From a virus (Duplodnaviria > Caudoviricetes), in the IMG/VR virus record IMGVR_UViG_3300034104_003823, positions 1 to 58,874 of that record: a DNA stretch of 58,874 bases. One strand, given 5' to 3'. Shown piece after piece: positions 8,671 through 18,371 of this stretch. The notes below the pieces were generated by a model. It made no database searches, had not been told where the DNA came from, and saw nothing but the letters and a program-made list of their open reading frames with translations. The position numbers and the translations under genes are program-made. How positions within the stretch are numbered: position 1 is the stretch's first letter; each line of letters begins with the position of its first letter.

Positions 8671-11634
8671 TTAATTCAATTCAACCGCCAAACAAATTTC
8701 ACCTTGTTCTTTAATTAACCTTGTCATATCATTAAATGAAATAAATGCACGACCTTGTTTTCCCCAAGATTTACCCCAACTATTTTTTATTCTAAATTGT
8801 TTTTTTACTGTATCAACACCATTTATAACATAAGCGTGACCACCAGCTAAACCACCTCTTATTTTTATTAAACCAGTTGTATCTGGATAAAACATTCCAT
8901 AATACCAGTTTGTACCAACAACCACCGGACCTACATTTAATATTGTGTTTACTAATGTGTTCACATCATAAGCCCAATAATATGATTTAACTTTCTTTTG
9001 TTGTTGTAAAAATTTAACACCACCTCTTACGGAAGTACCATCATAATTTTCACCAAACCATTCATCTAGTTTTTGTGCGTTTTTATAAATAATAGTCGGA
9101 TGTATAATTGGTGCAACACCAGATTGTGGTACCGGACCATCTTCTAACCAATGAGCCCAAGCATAACCAACACAATGTGGTAAATTACCTTGATTGCCCC
9201 ACCATCCATTATCATCCCAATATTTTTGGGTAATAACTTTTGATTTTAATTTTTTTTGAAAATGGTTTTCAATTAAATATTCTTGGTCCCGTAAATCAGA
9301 AATATATGTTCTACCAAATAAAATATTATCTGGACTTATACCACCGGTTATTGGCGAAGGCCAATACCAAATTATATTGTCATCACCTTGTGTTGTAATT
9401 GGTTCAAAATCTTGTGTAATTAACAAATAAGGATTGAATGTTGTTGTGGTTGTTGTAACTGGAATTGTTGTTGTCGTAGTGGTTGTGTTATTTATAACAT
9501 ATGTAAAATCATCTACCTCACAGAAAGCCCCACAATCTGGACAATCCGGGTTGAACATTCCGAATTTATCTTTTAATAATAAAAAGTTGTGTTTAATTTC
9601 ATCACCAGTTAAAGGTTCCACATACATTCTAAATTGTGATATTCCCCCATCAAATGTTCCACCAAAATTTTGTTCCAATAATATATTTGTTGATAATCCA
9701 GATAATGTTGTTCCACTTAAAATATTATTTGGTAAGCATTCTGGATCTTGAATATAATTTGAAGTTAGGGCCGAACAAGAAGAAAATGTTAAATTTTCGT
9801 GAAGACCTTGCGTCCCACCACCCCAAGAGATGTTAAATGGTACGGCTAATTGTCTTTCTTTATCTGTGTTTAACCCACGAGGAATCACCTCTTCAAAATT
9901 TTCTAATGTGTATATTGGTTTTCCATTAACAAAAATTCTTAATCTTCCTAATCTATATTTTTTATCTTCTAACCATTTATCATTTAAATTTATAATTTCA
10001 ATGGTTTCACCATATTCATTTGTATGTGTTAAAGGTGGTTTAATTAAATTAACTGAATTATTTGCTAAAGAATCTAAATATTCAATTTTTGTTATATCAG
10101 CAAGTCCACCAAAATATTTTAAATCACATTTGTCTAAGTTTGTATATCTTGACCACACAACATTTACTTGGAACCAATGTTCCAAATTTAACCAAGAAGG
10201 ATTCTCTTTTGCACAAGTAGGATATATTGGCGGAGAACAATACTCCTCAATTGTATATCCAGTTAAAAATGTTTGTCCTGTAACACAAGTACCAGTCGTC
10301 TCACAACCACCGGTAAATCTCAAAACTTTAACTCCAATTGATGGATTTTTTGGATTACCACATAATTTTAAAGAAATTGCATTTGAGATTGAATCGTACA
10401 ATGGGTCTTTTTCACAAGTGTCCTCAATTGATGTATAACCGGTTGGACCACAAGTAACGCAATCATCACAAGTTTTACAAGCTGTACAGCTTGGTGTACA
10501 AACCGGTGTTGGTGTGTCACAAGTTGGTGTTGGACTTGGGGTAGGTGTTGGAGTAGGTGTTGGTTGAATAATCGTATCACACTTATGTTCTTGACATTCC
10601 CAACCACAAATATCACAAGGTGTTTCATTACATCCACACCCACAACTTATTTTAACCTTATTTATTCCACCACATTTATCACAACCATAATTTGCGTGTG
10701 GGTCGTGCTGATTATTTTTTGACCTTGGCGGGTATACATAGATACATCTACTATTTGTTATTGTTTTATTACAACAAGCACAAGTTTGTAAACAACCAGA
10801 TAATGGTGTTGTTACTCTTGTGTAACCGGTAAAACATTTTGGATTACCATCTGCGTGATGATAAAATTTATTTTCAGCTCTAGTCCCCATATAAAAAAAT
10901 GTATTTTTATTTTGAGGATATAATAAATTTAATGTTGTTTCATTTGGTCCAGGAGTATATTCATTTGTTAATCTAGGTTTTAAAACCATTTCAACAGACC
11001 AACCTTTTGTTACTCTTTCTGGTAAAATTTCATAATCATAACCAAACAATTTGTAAAATCCTTGATAAAAACCACCATATAATTCGTGGTATTTTCCAAA
11101 TTGTGGATGATCTTTACTTACAACTTCATATAATGTTTGTTTTGTTATTCCAGAAAAACGATTATAAGTTCCAGTATATCCTGTTACTTGAATCATTTTC
11201 ATCCTTCTATCATAAAACATTCTATTAAATTTTACAGAATCTTCAAAAATTCCATTTGTAAAATTTAAAGTCTCACCAGTCATTTTATTTACTAAACCAT
11301 TGTCAATACCTGTTAAACCAATATCACATACGGTATCAGCTGTTAAACAAGTTATTATATCTTTATCTGGGTTGTAATAATTTTGAGAAACAAAAATATT
11401 ATTTTGATTATAGTTTTTGTAATTTAAAACTAATGGTTGTACTGTTAATGGATTATCTATATCAATATTAATTGGCAACTTATCACCATAAGTGTCAGCA
11501 ATAATATATGGTGAAAAAACAACCTCTTCTTTGTAGTTTCTTTCATCGGATGCCAAAGACATGTCATTCCCATCATATATTAACCCTATCTTGTATTTTG
11601 GATAGTTATATTGATTAATATTTTGATACGCCAT
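8671..11634 (-). CDS. Putative virion protein: Cys-rich / LamG-like region fused to C-terminal papain-like (C1) cysteine peptidase
   Basis: C-terminal NQGNLPHCVGYAW (Gln/Cys), GGHAYVING (His) and IKNSWGKSWG (Asn) motifs. FDGGISQFRMY..PL..EI resembles a LamG end. PT and poly-T linkers. Confidence 0.7.
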   Translation of the reverse strand: MAYQNINQYNYPKYKIGLIYDGNDMSLASDERNYKEEVVFSPYIIADTYGDKLPINIDIDNPLTVQPLVLNYKNYNQNNIFVSQNYYNPDKDIITCLTADTVCDIGLTGIDNGLVNKMTGETLNFTNGIFEDSVKFNRMFYDRRMKMIQVTGYTGTYNRFSGITKQTLYEVVSKDHPQFGKYHELYGGFYQGFYKLFGYDYEILPERVTKGWSVEMVLKPRLTNEYTPGPNETTLNLLYPQNKNTFFYMGTRAENKFYHHADGNPKCFTGYTRVTTPLSGCLQTCACCNKTITNSRCIYVYPPRSKNNQHDPHANYGCDKCGGINKVKISCGCGCNETPCDICGWECQEHKCDTIIQPTPTPTPTPSPTPTCDTPTPVCTPSCTACKTCDDCVTCGPTGYTSIEDTCEKDPLYDSISNAISLKLCGNPKNPSIGVKVLRFTGGCETTGTCVTGQTFLTGYTIEEYCSPPIYPTCAKENPSWLNLEHWFQVNVVWSRYTNLDKCDLKYFGGLADITKIEYLDSLANNSVNLIKPPLTHTNEYGETIEIINLNDKWLEDKKYRLGRLRIFVNGKPIYTLENFEEVIPRGLNTDKERQLAVPFNISWGGGTQGLHENLTFSSCSALTSNYIQDPECLPNNILSGTTLSGLSTNILLEQNFGGTFDGGISQFRMYVEPLTGDEIKHNFLLLKDKFGMFNPDCPDCGAFCEVDDFTYVINNTTTTTTTIPVTTTTTTFNPYLLITQDFEPITTQGDDNIIWYWPSPITGGISPDNILFGRTYISDLRDQEYLIENHFQKKLKSKVITQKYWDDNGWWGNQGNLPHCVGYAWAHWLEDGPVPQSGVAPIIHPTIIYKNAQKLDEWFGENYDGTSVRGGVKFLQQQKKVKSYYWAYDVNTLVNTILNVGPVVVGTNWYYGMFYPDTTGLIKIRGGLAGGHAYVINGVDTVKKQFRIKNSWGKSWGKQGRAFISFNDMTRLIKEQGEICLAVELN

Positions 11635-11644
11635 CGTTTTTATG

Positions 11645-11672
11645 TATAAATATCATAAATCAAAGTATTTAT
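11645..11672. promoter_or_regulatory. Back-to-back divergent TATTTAT motifs
   Basis: Minus-strand copy at 11646-11652 (for 11634) and plus-strand copy at 11666-11672 (for 11689), each oriented with its own gene. Confidence 0.6.
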
Positions 11673-11688
11673 AGATAAAAAAATATTT

Positions 11689-12672
11689 ATGCCGGAGAGT
11701 AATAAAAATATTATTGAGTTAGGTCAAAAGAAAATTGAGTCAGTTTACGATAAAATAAAAGACACAATTAAACAATCTAAATCTGAAATTAAAGAAACTA
11801 GAATATTAGTTAGGATAATAATTAAGGCCGTTAAAGATTATTTAAAAACAAAAGATTTTGATTTATCAGATGAAGATAAAAAATTCATTAAGGATCAATC
11901 TGGTGATATTTTAAAGTTAATACCACTTATTGTTTTTCAATTAGTTCCAGGTTCAACTATTGCAACACCATTCATTATTAAATTGGCAAAAAAAGCTGGT
12001 ATTACATTAAAGAGTGAATTACCAAAAAAATATAAAGATGAAACCGAAGGTGGTGAAATTGACGAATTAGTAGATACTGACGGAAGTTTAATTGGTTCTG
12101 AAATTCCAATATTACAACAACCAATGCACCCTAAAAAAACAATGGATGTTACAGTAATTGCAACAAGACAAACAAACAATCCGGTTGTTAGAGGTTATAG
12201 AGTATATTATGGTGAATCCGAAGAAGGAAAAGATATTTTAGACGAAGAAAATATGTCAGATGCTTTTGCTTATGAAGAAACTGAAAATGATAGAACATAC
12301 AAAGAATGTATGGAAACTATGGAAGAGATGGGAATTGAAGAAGTGATTGAAAGGGATGAAAGATGTAAAACATTTGGTTTTGAAAAAAAATATGATAGGC
12401 AATTAAAAAACCAAAAAAGAAGAGGTAAATGTAAAAATTGTTTTACAAAAAGAAGATTAGCTGAACTTGAGAAAGAAAAGATGAATACACTTCTTGATGA
12501 AATACTTTTAAAAAAGAAAAAAGAAAGTAAAGATGTTATAAAAAAAGATGATGAAGATTCTTACAATCCAGTTGAGAAAATTTTAATTAGGAATATTGAA
12601 TCAATTAAAAAAATTGCGGAAAAAGAAGGAATTGATATAAACTCACTTTTGAAAAAATTAAAAAATGAATAG
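11689..12672 (+). CDS. Hypothetical protein with LETM1-like N-terminal segment
   Basis: EDKKFIKDQSGDILKLIPLIVFQLVPGSTIATP resembles the LETM1 'D(L/I)xxxxP..F..xPG' motif; C-terminal CxxC. Confidence 0.45.
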   Translation: MPESNKNIIELGQKKIESVYDKIKDTIKQSKSEIKETRILVRIIIKAVKDYLKTKDFDLSDEDKKFIKDQSGDILKLIPLIVFQLVPGSTIATPFIIKLAKKAGITLKSELPKKYKDETEGGEIDELVDTDGSLIGSEIPILQQPMHPKKTMDVTVIATRQTNNPVVRGYRVYYGESEEGKDILDEENMSDAFAYEETENDRTYKECMETMEEMGIEEVIERDERCKTFGFEKKYDRQLKNQKRRGKCKNCFTKRRLAELEKEKMNTLLDEILLKKKKESKDVIKKDDEDSYNPVEKILIRNIESIKKIAEKEGIDINSLLKKLKNE

Positions 12673-13147
12673 TAAATTATATAATGTAACAATTCCAATT
12701 CCAAAGGATATGTTACAACATATAAAAATTTGTTTTGATAGAGTTCCCAATTCTGATTCTTCGGTTGAAGGTCATAAAAGAAATTTGTTTTTACAAAAAA
12801 ATAAAAGATTAAATTACCAACAACTTTTAAGAATAAAAAATTGGTTTGATTATTTTGATGGGAATGAAGAGTCGGCCCCTTTTATTTTAAATGGTGAAGG
12901 TAAAATGAAAGATTGGGTTAATCAAACAATTGATTCGTTAAGAAACAATGTTGATAGTCAAGAAAATGTTCAAAATAATTATATGCCAGATGATGTAAGA
13001 AAAGAACTTGGTGATGATTTATTTAATGGACTTGGTTGGTTAAAAGATGTTGGTCAACCATCACAACAACATAAAAGTGAAGTAGATAATTATAAAGTAA
13101 ATGAAGACCTGAAAAGGATAAACGACCTAATAAAAAAAATAATTTAA
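12665..13147 (+). CDS. Hypothetical protein
   Basis: 160 aa, overlaps upstream stop (operon). Confidence 0.7.
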   Translation: MNSKLYNVTIPIPKDMLQHIKICFDRVPNSDSSVEGHKRNLFLQKNKRLNYQQLLRIKNWFDYFDGNEESAPFILNGEGKMKDWVNQTIDSLRNNVDSQENVQNNYMPDDVRKELGDDLFNGLGWLKDVGQPSQQHKSEVDNYKVNEDLKRINDLIKKII

Positions 13148-13148
13148 A

Positions 13149-13436
13149 ATGCCAGTAAGTGAAAGATTAGATTTTAGTCAACCACAAAATGAGTTGGGAC
13201 TTATCGCAGAACAACAAAGAAAAATTCTTATACCAAAAAATGACTATAAGACAACAAATGCATATTCAGCAACAAACCCTGACGCAATATCTGATGGTGA
13301 TGAACTTGGTAAAGGTACCGGAATATTTTTAGATACGGCTAATGGTGGTTCGTCAACTGATGTTATTGAAAGAATCAATGAAATTAAAATTAATGAGTAT
13401 CAAAGAAACAAGCCTTATACTACACCAACAGCATAA
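13149..13436 (+). CDS. Hypothetical protein
   Basis: 95 aa, tightly packed; TAATG coupling to the next gene. Confidence 0.7.
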   Translation: MPVSERLDFSQPQNELGLIAEQQRKILIPKNDYKTTNAYSATNPDAISDGDELGKGTGIFLDTANGGSSTDVIERINEIKINEYQRNKPYTTPTA

Positions 13437-13819
13437 TGAAACTTTACAACACATTTAAAGGACTTATTTTTGAAGTAGCGTCAAACAAGGCGATTGTTGA
13501 TGCTATAACAAAAAGACAAGTTTGTGTCATAAATTATCAGGGTGATGAACCTGGTGGTAATGGTTTAAGAACTATTGAGCCGGTATGTTTGGGGTATAGT
13601 ATTGCTGGAAACCCAGTATTAAGAGCTTGGGATTTAGAAGGAGCTTCACATAGAGCTTACTTAGGTAAAAAACCATTACCTAGTTGGCGAATGTTTAGAG
13701 TTGATAAAATTATTATGATTAGACCAACCGGTGAAACATTTAATGAACCAAAACCAAATTACAACCCAAACGGTGATAAAAGTATGACAAAAATAATTGT
13801 GAACGCAAAATTTAACTAA
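13436..13819 (+). CDS. Stand-alone WYL-domain protein
   Basis: AI..R..V.INY...RTIEPVCLG...VLRAWD...WRMFRVDKI is the WYL signature; no HTH present. Confidence 0.75.
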   Translation: MKLYNTFKGLIFEVASNKAIVDAITKRQVCVINYQGDEPGGNGLRTIEPVCLGYSIAGNPVLRAWDLEGASHRAYLGKKPLPSWRMFRVDKIIMIRPTGETFNEPKPNYNPNGDKSMTKIIVNAKFN

Positions 13820-13852
13820 TAGTTTTTGTATAAAATTTAAACTTAATTTAAT

Positions 13853-14458
13853 ATGCCAACAGAACAAGATTTAATTAGTAGGTTAATGATTTCCAAAAAA
13901 ATTATGGATAAACATAACTCAATGAATAGAGGTAGTCAAGGTAATATACCAACAACACCAATGGTTGAGGAATACCAACCGGTAAATGCAACATATAATT
14001 TACCACAAGAACTACTAAGTGAACAACCGGTACAACAAAAAACATATAGTACCGAAGTACCAACAGACGAAAGAATTTTAAATTCAAAATTACCAGATGA
14101 AATTAAAAAACTAATGATGGAGCACCCGATTGAAAAACCAACTATGGGTGTAAACACAGGTACGGCAATTTCAAACGAGTTAGTTGAAAAAGCGACAAGA
14201 TTGATGAACACAAAGGCTAATGGTGATTTAATAAATGAAAATGTTGTAAAAAGACAACCTCAACAACAAGTTCAACAAACATCACAATTAAGTGCAAAAC
14301 AAATAAAATCAATTGTTAAAGAAACTGTAGAAGATGTTTTAAAAGAAAATGGTCTTTTAACAGAATCAACAACAAAAAGTGATGAACTTTTTAAATTTAG
14401 AGTTGGTGAACATATTTTTGAGGGTAAAGTTCTAAGAATTAGAAAAATATCCAAATAG
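13853..14458 (+). CDS. Hypothetical protein (candidate internal head protein)
   Basis: 201 aa, Q/P-rich, contains IKSIVKETVEDVLKE motif. Confidence 0.65.
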   Translation: MPTEQDLISRLMISKKIMDKHNSMNRGSQGNIPTTPMVEEYQPVNATYNLPQELLSEQPVQQKTYSTEVPTDERILNSKLPDEIKKLMMEHPIEKPTMGVNTGTAISNELVEKATRLMNTKANGDLINENVVKRQPQQQVQQTSQLSAKQIKSIVKETVEDVLKENGLLTESTTKSDELFKFRVGEHIFEGKVLRIRKISK

Positions 14459-14480
14459 TCGTATCATCGGATTAAATGGT

Positions 14481-14515
14481 AAACCTCCATTCCTTTTTTG
14501 GTTTGGGGGTTTTTT
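14481..14515 (+). terminator. Intrinsic terminator
   Basis: AAACCTCCA...TGGGGGTTT stem (one G-U) followed by a T-run. Confidence 0.6.
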
Positions 14516-14519
14516 ATTG

Positions 14520-14550
14520 TTGATATTTTTATTTTATTGTTCTATAATTC
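14520..14550 (+). promoter_or_regulatory. Putative early/middle (host-sigma-type) promoter
   Basis: TTGATA-N17-TATAAT directly upstream of ATG 14555, heading the glyco/metabolic operon. Confidence 0.5.
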
Positions 14551-14554
14551 ACTT

Positions 14555-15769
14555 ATGGAAAAAATAAATGTTTTGTGTCTGCCCTCAGATTCCAGCGGAG
14601 TCGGAAAATTTCGCTCAGTTGACCCCCACGTTAAACTCCAAAATATGTATCCAAATGATTTTCATGTGGATATTGAGTATAACCCAAACCTTAATGATGT
14701 AAATTTTTGGAAAAAATATCAAATTGTCCATTTTCATAGAAATATTGGTACCGATTATGAAAATTGTCCAAAGTTCATTCAATGGTTGCAATCAATTGGG
14801 ATTATTGTAATTGGTGATATTGATGATTATTGGTTACCAACAAAAGAACACCCAATACATCAACTTATTGTTCAAAATAAATTACACGAAAAAATTATTG
14901 CGAATCTAAAAGTATCGGATTATGTTATTACAACAACAGAACTTTTTGCAAATGAAATTAGAAAGTTTAATAAGAATGTAATTGTATTACCAAATGCTGT
15001 TGACCCACAGGATCCACAATTTATGGAACCAACAAAACCTTCAGATAAAGTAAGAATTGGTTGGCTTGGTGGTTCGTCACACATTCACGACTTAAAATTA
15101 CTTGATGGTACGGTTTCAAAATTATCACCAATGCAAGATAAGTTACAGTATTATGTTTGTGGATTTGATATTCGTGGTACTGTAACAGAAATTAACAAAC
15201 AAACCGGTGAAAAAACACAAAGACCAATTAAACCAGAAGAAACTGTTTGGGTAAAGTATGAAGAAATCTTTACAAACAATTACAGTATAATTACACCAAC
15301 ATATAAAGATTATTTGAACACATTTACAGAAAACGACTATCCAGGTGTTGAGAATGAAAATTATGTTAGAGTTTGGACAAGACCTGTAACTTCTTACGCA
15401 AAAAATTATTCTAAGTTTGATATTTCGTTAGCACCAATTAAAAATCACATTTTTAACAGAATGAAATCACAACTTAAAGTTATTGAGGCCGGATTTTATA
15501 AAAAAGCACTAATTGCATCAAATGTTGGTCCATATACAATCGATTTAAAACATGCACTTAAAAATGGTGAATTTACTGATGGAAATGCTCTTCTTGTTGA
15601 TGAAGTAAGAAACCATAGTGATTGGGCTAAAAACATTAAAAAGTTAGTTGATAACCCAAATATGATTACAGATCTTGGTGAAAGATTATATGAAACTGTT
15701 AAAGATAAATATGATTTAAATAATGTTACCAAAACAAGAGCTGAATTTTACAAATCTTTAATTAAATAA
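14555..15769 (+). CDS. Glycosyltransferase, GT-B fold (GT4-like)
   Basis: DIDD, VLPNAVD, IGWLGG.SH..DL, DISLAP..FNRMKSQLKVIEAG, LIASNVGPY. Start reassigned to ATG 14555 because the ORF-track start lies inside the terminator. Confidence 0.8.
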   Translation: MEKINVLCLPSDSSGVGKFRSVDPHVKLQNMYPNDFHVDIEYNPNLNDVNFWKKYQIVHFHRNIGTDYENCPKFIQWLQSIGIIVIGDIDDYWLPTKEHPIHQLIVQNKLHEKIIANLKVSDYVITTTELFANEIRKFNKNVIVLPNAVDPQDPQFMEPTKPSDKVRIGWLGGSSHIHDLKLLDGTVSKLSPMQDKLQYYVCGFDIRGTVTEINKQTGEKTQRPIKPEETVWVKYEEIFTNNYSIITPTYKDYLNTFTENDYPGVENENYVRVWTRPVTSYAKNYSKFDISLAPIKNHIFNRMKSQLKVIEAGFYKKALIASNVGPYTIDLKHALKNGEFTDGNALLVDEVRNHSDWAKNIKKLVDNPNMITDLGERLYETVKDKYDLNNVTKTRAEFYKSLIK

Positions 15770-15772
15770 TTT

Positions 15773-16474
15773 ATGATTAATATACCTATAACAAAAATTT
15801 TATTCTTAGACATCGAAACCGTTGGTGGTTGTCCAGATTTTGACTCTTGTGAAAAGTTTAGTCCACAAATTGCGGAACAATTTAATAAATATTTTGATTG
15901 GTTTCAAAAAAGATTTCCAGAAGATAATGAATTATCAAAAGATGAGGTTTTTAAAAAACGAGCAGCACTTGTTCCAGAGTTTGCAAAAATTGTTTGTGTA
16001 TCAGTTGCTTTTGTTTTGGATAATGGTGAGACAAAAAAACAATCTTTTTTTGGTGATGATGAAAAAAAATTATTAAAAGAAGTAAGAACACTTTTGGACC
16101 GTTGTGAAAAACTTGGATTCTTTCTATGTGGTCACAATCTAAAGAATTTTGATATTCCAATGTTGGCAAAAAGAATGATTATAAATGGTGTTCGCCCATC
16201 AAAGATTTTACCATCTTATGATACAAAACCCTGGGAAATAAAAGCTATTGATACAAAAGAAATCTGGCAATATGGTTCATATACATCAATTGGCTCGTTG
16301 GATTTACTATGTTCTTGTTTAGATATACCAACACCAAAAGATGGTGAGATTACCGGAGCAAATGTACATACTGCATATTGGGAAGAACAAAAAATAAAAG
16401 AAATTGCAGAATACTGTGAAAAGGATGTCAATGTTTTAATTGATACCATAATGAAATTAAAAAGTTTAGAATAA
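15773..16474 (+). CDS. 3'-5' exonuclease (DEDDy, PolB-exo-like)
   Basis: ExoI LFLDIET, ExoII GHNLKNFDIP, ExoIII YCEKDV. Confidence 0.85.
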   Translation: MINIPITKILFLDIETVGGCPDFDSCEKFSPQIAEQFNKYFDWFQKRFPEDNELSKDEVFKKRAALVPEFAKIVCVSVAFVLDNGETKKQSFFGDDEKKLLKEVRTLLDRCEKLGFFLCGHNLKNFDIPMLAKRMIINGVRPSKILPSYDTKPWEIKAIDTKEIWQYGSYTSIGSLDLLCSCLDIPTPKDGEITGANVHTAYWEEQKIKEIAEYCEKDVNVLIDTIMKLKSLE

Positions 16475-16491
16475 ATTTAAAATTAAAAATT

Positions 16492-17112
16492 ATGACAACA
16501 CTTTGTGAAATAATGAATAAATACGGTAGTGATAAAGGTAATGGTTGGCACAACTATACAATAACTTATCACGAGTTATTTGAAAACAAAAGAAATGAAA
16601 AACTAAATATTTTTGAACTTGGTCTAGGTACTAACAATACCTCAATACCAAATAATATGGGTGTAAACGGAAAACCTGGGGCATCATTACGAGGTTGGAA
16701 AGAGTACTTTTGGAATTCAGATATATATGGCGCTGATATTGATAGAAGTATTTTATTTAATGAAGAAAGAATAAAAACTTTTTACTGTGATGTAACTAGT
16801 GAAGAAGAAATCAAAAAAATGTGGCAAAATGAATCATTAAAAAATTTAATGTTTGACATTATAGTTGACGACGGCTTACACCTATTTGATGCAAATATGA
16901 ATTTTTTTAAATTTTCAATACATAAGTTAAATGATGGTGGTACCTATATTTGTGAAGATTTATCATTTAATACTGTTAATAGTTTTAACAATATAATTGA
17001 TACTCTTAGAACCGAATATCCTAATATGACTTTTGAGATAAAAATAATCCCAAGTAATATAAATCATTTAGATAATAATCTTTTAATTGTAAAAAAAAAT
17101 GGAAACAAATAA
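16492..17112 (+). CDS. Class I SAM-dependent methyltransferase (sugar O-methyltransferase-like)
   Basis: YGSDKG..HNY...Y, IFELGLG, GASLRGW, YGADID, FDIIVDDGLH, GGTYICED. Confidence 0.75.
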   Translation: MTTLCEIMNKYGSDKGNGWHNYTITYHELFENKRNEKLNIFELGLGTNNTSIPNNMGVNGKPGASLRGWKEYFWNSDIYGADIDRSILFNEERIKTFYCDVTSEEEIKKMWQNESLKNLMFDIIVDDGLHLFDANMNFFKFSIHKLNDGGTYICEDLSFNTVNSFNNIIDTLRTEYPNMTFEIKIIPSNINHLDNNLLIVKKNGNK

Positions 17113-17707
17113 CTCGGAAGAATTAAACAAACAAATTGAATTATTAAATGAAATTGATTTAATCTTTGATGATGGAAACAACGATGACTCACAATACAAC
17201 GAAATTATTGATGAATTTGGTTTAGATATTAATGAATTACTAAAAGATATGGGAAGTTTTAATCCGGTGATGGATATAAATTATTCTATGTCAAATAAAG
17301 ATTCGGTTGAACCGGAATACGCATATGAAACGGACTCTGGGTTTGACCTATATTCAACTGAAGAATTATACATTGAACCATTTGATAGAGTTCTTGTCCC
17401 AACCGGTTTACACTTTGATATTCCGGATGGTTATGAAATTCAAGTAAGATCAAAAAGTGGACTTGCTTTAAAACAAGGTCTTATGGTTTTAAATTCTCCT
17501 GGAACCGTAGATCAGGGATATACCGGCGAAATTAAAGTTATTATATTTAATACAACAAAAAGAACTATTAAAATTGAGAAAGGTCAAAAAATTGCTCAAG
17601 CTGTTTTATGTCCTGTTGTATGTGGGAAATGGATTAACTTGGTTAGGATAGAAAATATAGAAGACAAAGATAGGTCTGATAATGGATTTGGTAGTACAGG
17701 AATTTAA
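17099..17707 (+). CDS. dut: Trimeric dUTPase with acidic N-terminal extension
   Basis: Five motifs: SGFDL, RSKSGL, GTVDQGYTGE, IAQAV, RSDNGFGSTG. Confidence 0.92.
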   Translation: METNNSEELNKQIELLNEIDLIFDDGNNDDSQYNEIIDEFGLDINELLKDMGSFNPVMDINYSMSNKDSVEPEYAYETDSGFDLYSTEELYIEPFDRVLVPTGLHFDIPDGYEIQVRSKSGLALKQGLMVLNSPGTVDQGYTGEIKVIIFNTTKRTIKIEKGQKIAQAVLCPVVCGKWINLVRIENIEDKDRSDNGFGSTGI

Positions 17708-17716
17708 TAAAAAAAA

Positions 17717-18370
17717 ATGTCAAATTTAAGAATATTATCTTACGCAACTGATTTTAATAATCAAAATTTTAAATTATTACAAAACAAACTAGACGTTGAG
17801 GTATTACCAATTTTACAAAACTGGTCCTGGGATTTTTACCCTAAATCTTTTTCGGTATATGAAACAATAAAAAAATTTAATCCAGAAGATATTGTTTTAG
17901 TTTGTGACGCATACGATGTATTACCAACAAAAAAATTAACAAAAAATATTCTTTTTGATAAAATAAATGAAAAATTTGATTTAAATAAGATAACATTTAA
18001 TGCTGAAAAAAATTGTTATCCAGATATGTCTTTAACTAATTTATATCCAGAATCAAACTCACCTTGGAAATATTTAAATGCCGGAATTTATGTCGGTAAG
18101 GTAAAAAAAGTTTTAGTTATGCTAGAAAATTTATTACCTAAGATAAAAAATTCAATGGACCAAAAAGAGTTTTCTATTTCATTTATAAATAATAAATTTG
18201 ATATTACTTTAGATTACAATTGTGATATATTCCAAACAATGTATATGTTAAATGATGACGATTTATTTATTAACAATAATACTATTTTAAATAATAAAAC
18301 AAACACAGAACCACTTTTATTTCATGGTAATGGAAAATCTAATCTATCAATAATTGAAAACCTTTTATAA
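17717..18370 (+). CDS. PLOD/LH3-type glycosyltransferase domain protein
   Basis: DAYDV, FNAEKNCYP, YLNAGIYVG, DQ, LDYNCDIFQ, HGNG motifs. Confidence 0.75.
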   Translation: MSNLRILSYATDFNNQNFKLLQNKLDVEVLPILQNWSWDFYPKSFSVYETIKKFNPEDIVLVCDAYDVLPTKKLTKNILFDKINEKFDLNKITFNAEKNCYPDMSLTNLYPESNSPWKYLNAGIYVGKVKKVLVMLENLLPKIKNSMDQKEFSISFINNKFDITLDYNCDIFQTMYMLNDDDLFINNNTILNNKTNTEPLLFHGNGKSNLSIIENLL

Positions 18371-18371
18371 T

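Noticed and set aside
9434-11228. Antisense/overlapping ORFs, including the 202-aa 9830..10438, and similar short ORFs across the window
   Set aside because: Nested in longer, motif-supported genes, with mirror-image composition and no recognisable motifs.
14498-14554. Hydrophobic N-terminal extension on the first glycosyltransferase
   Set aside because: Overlaps a terminator and promoter; ATG 14555 is the better start.
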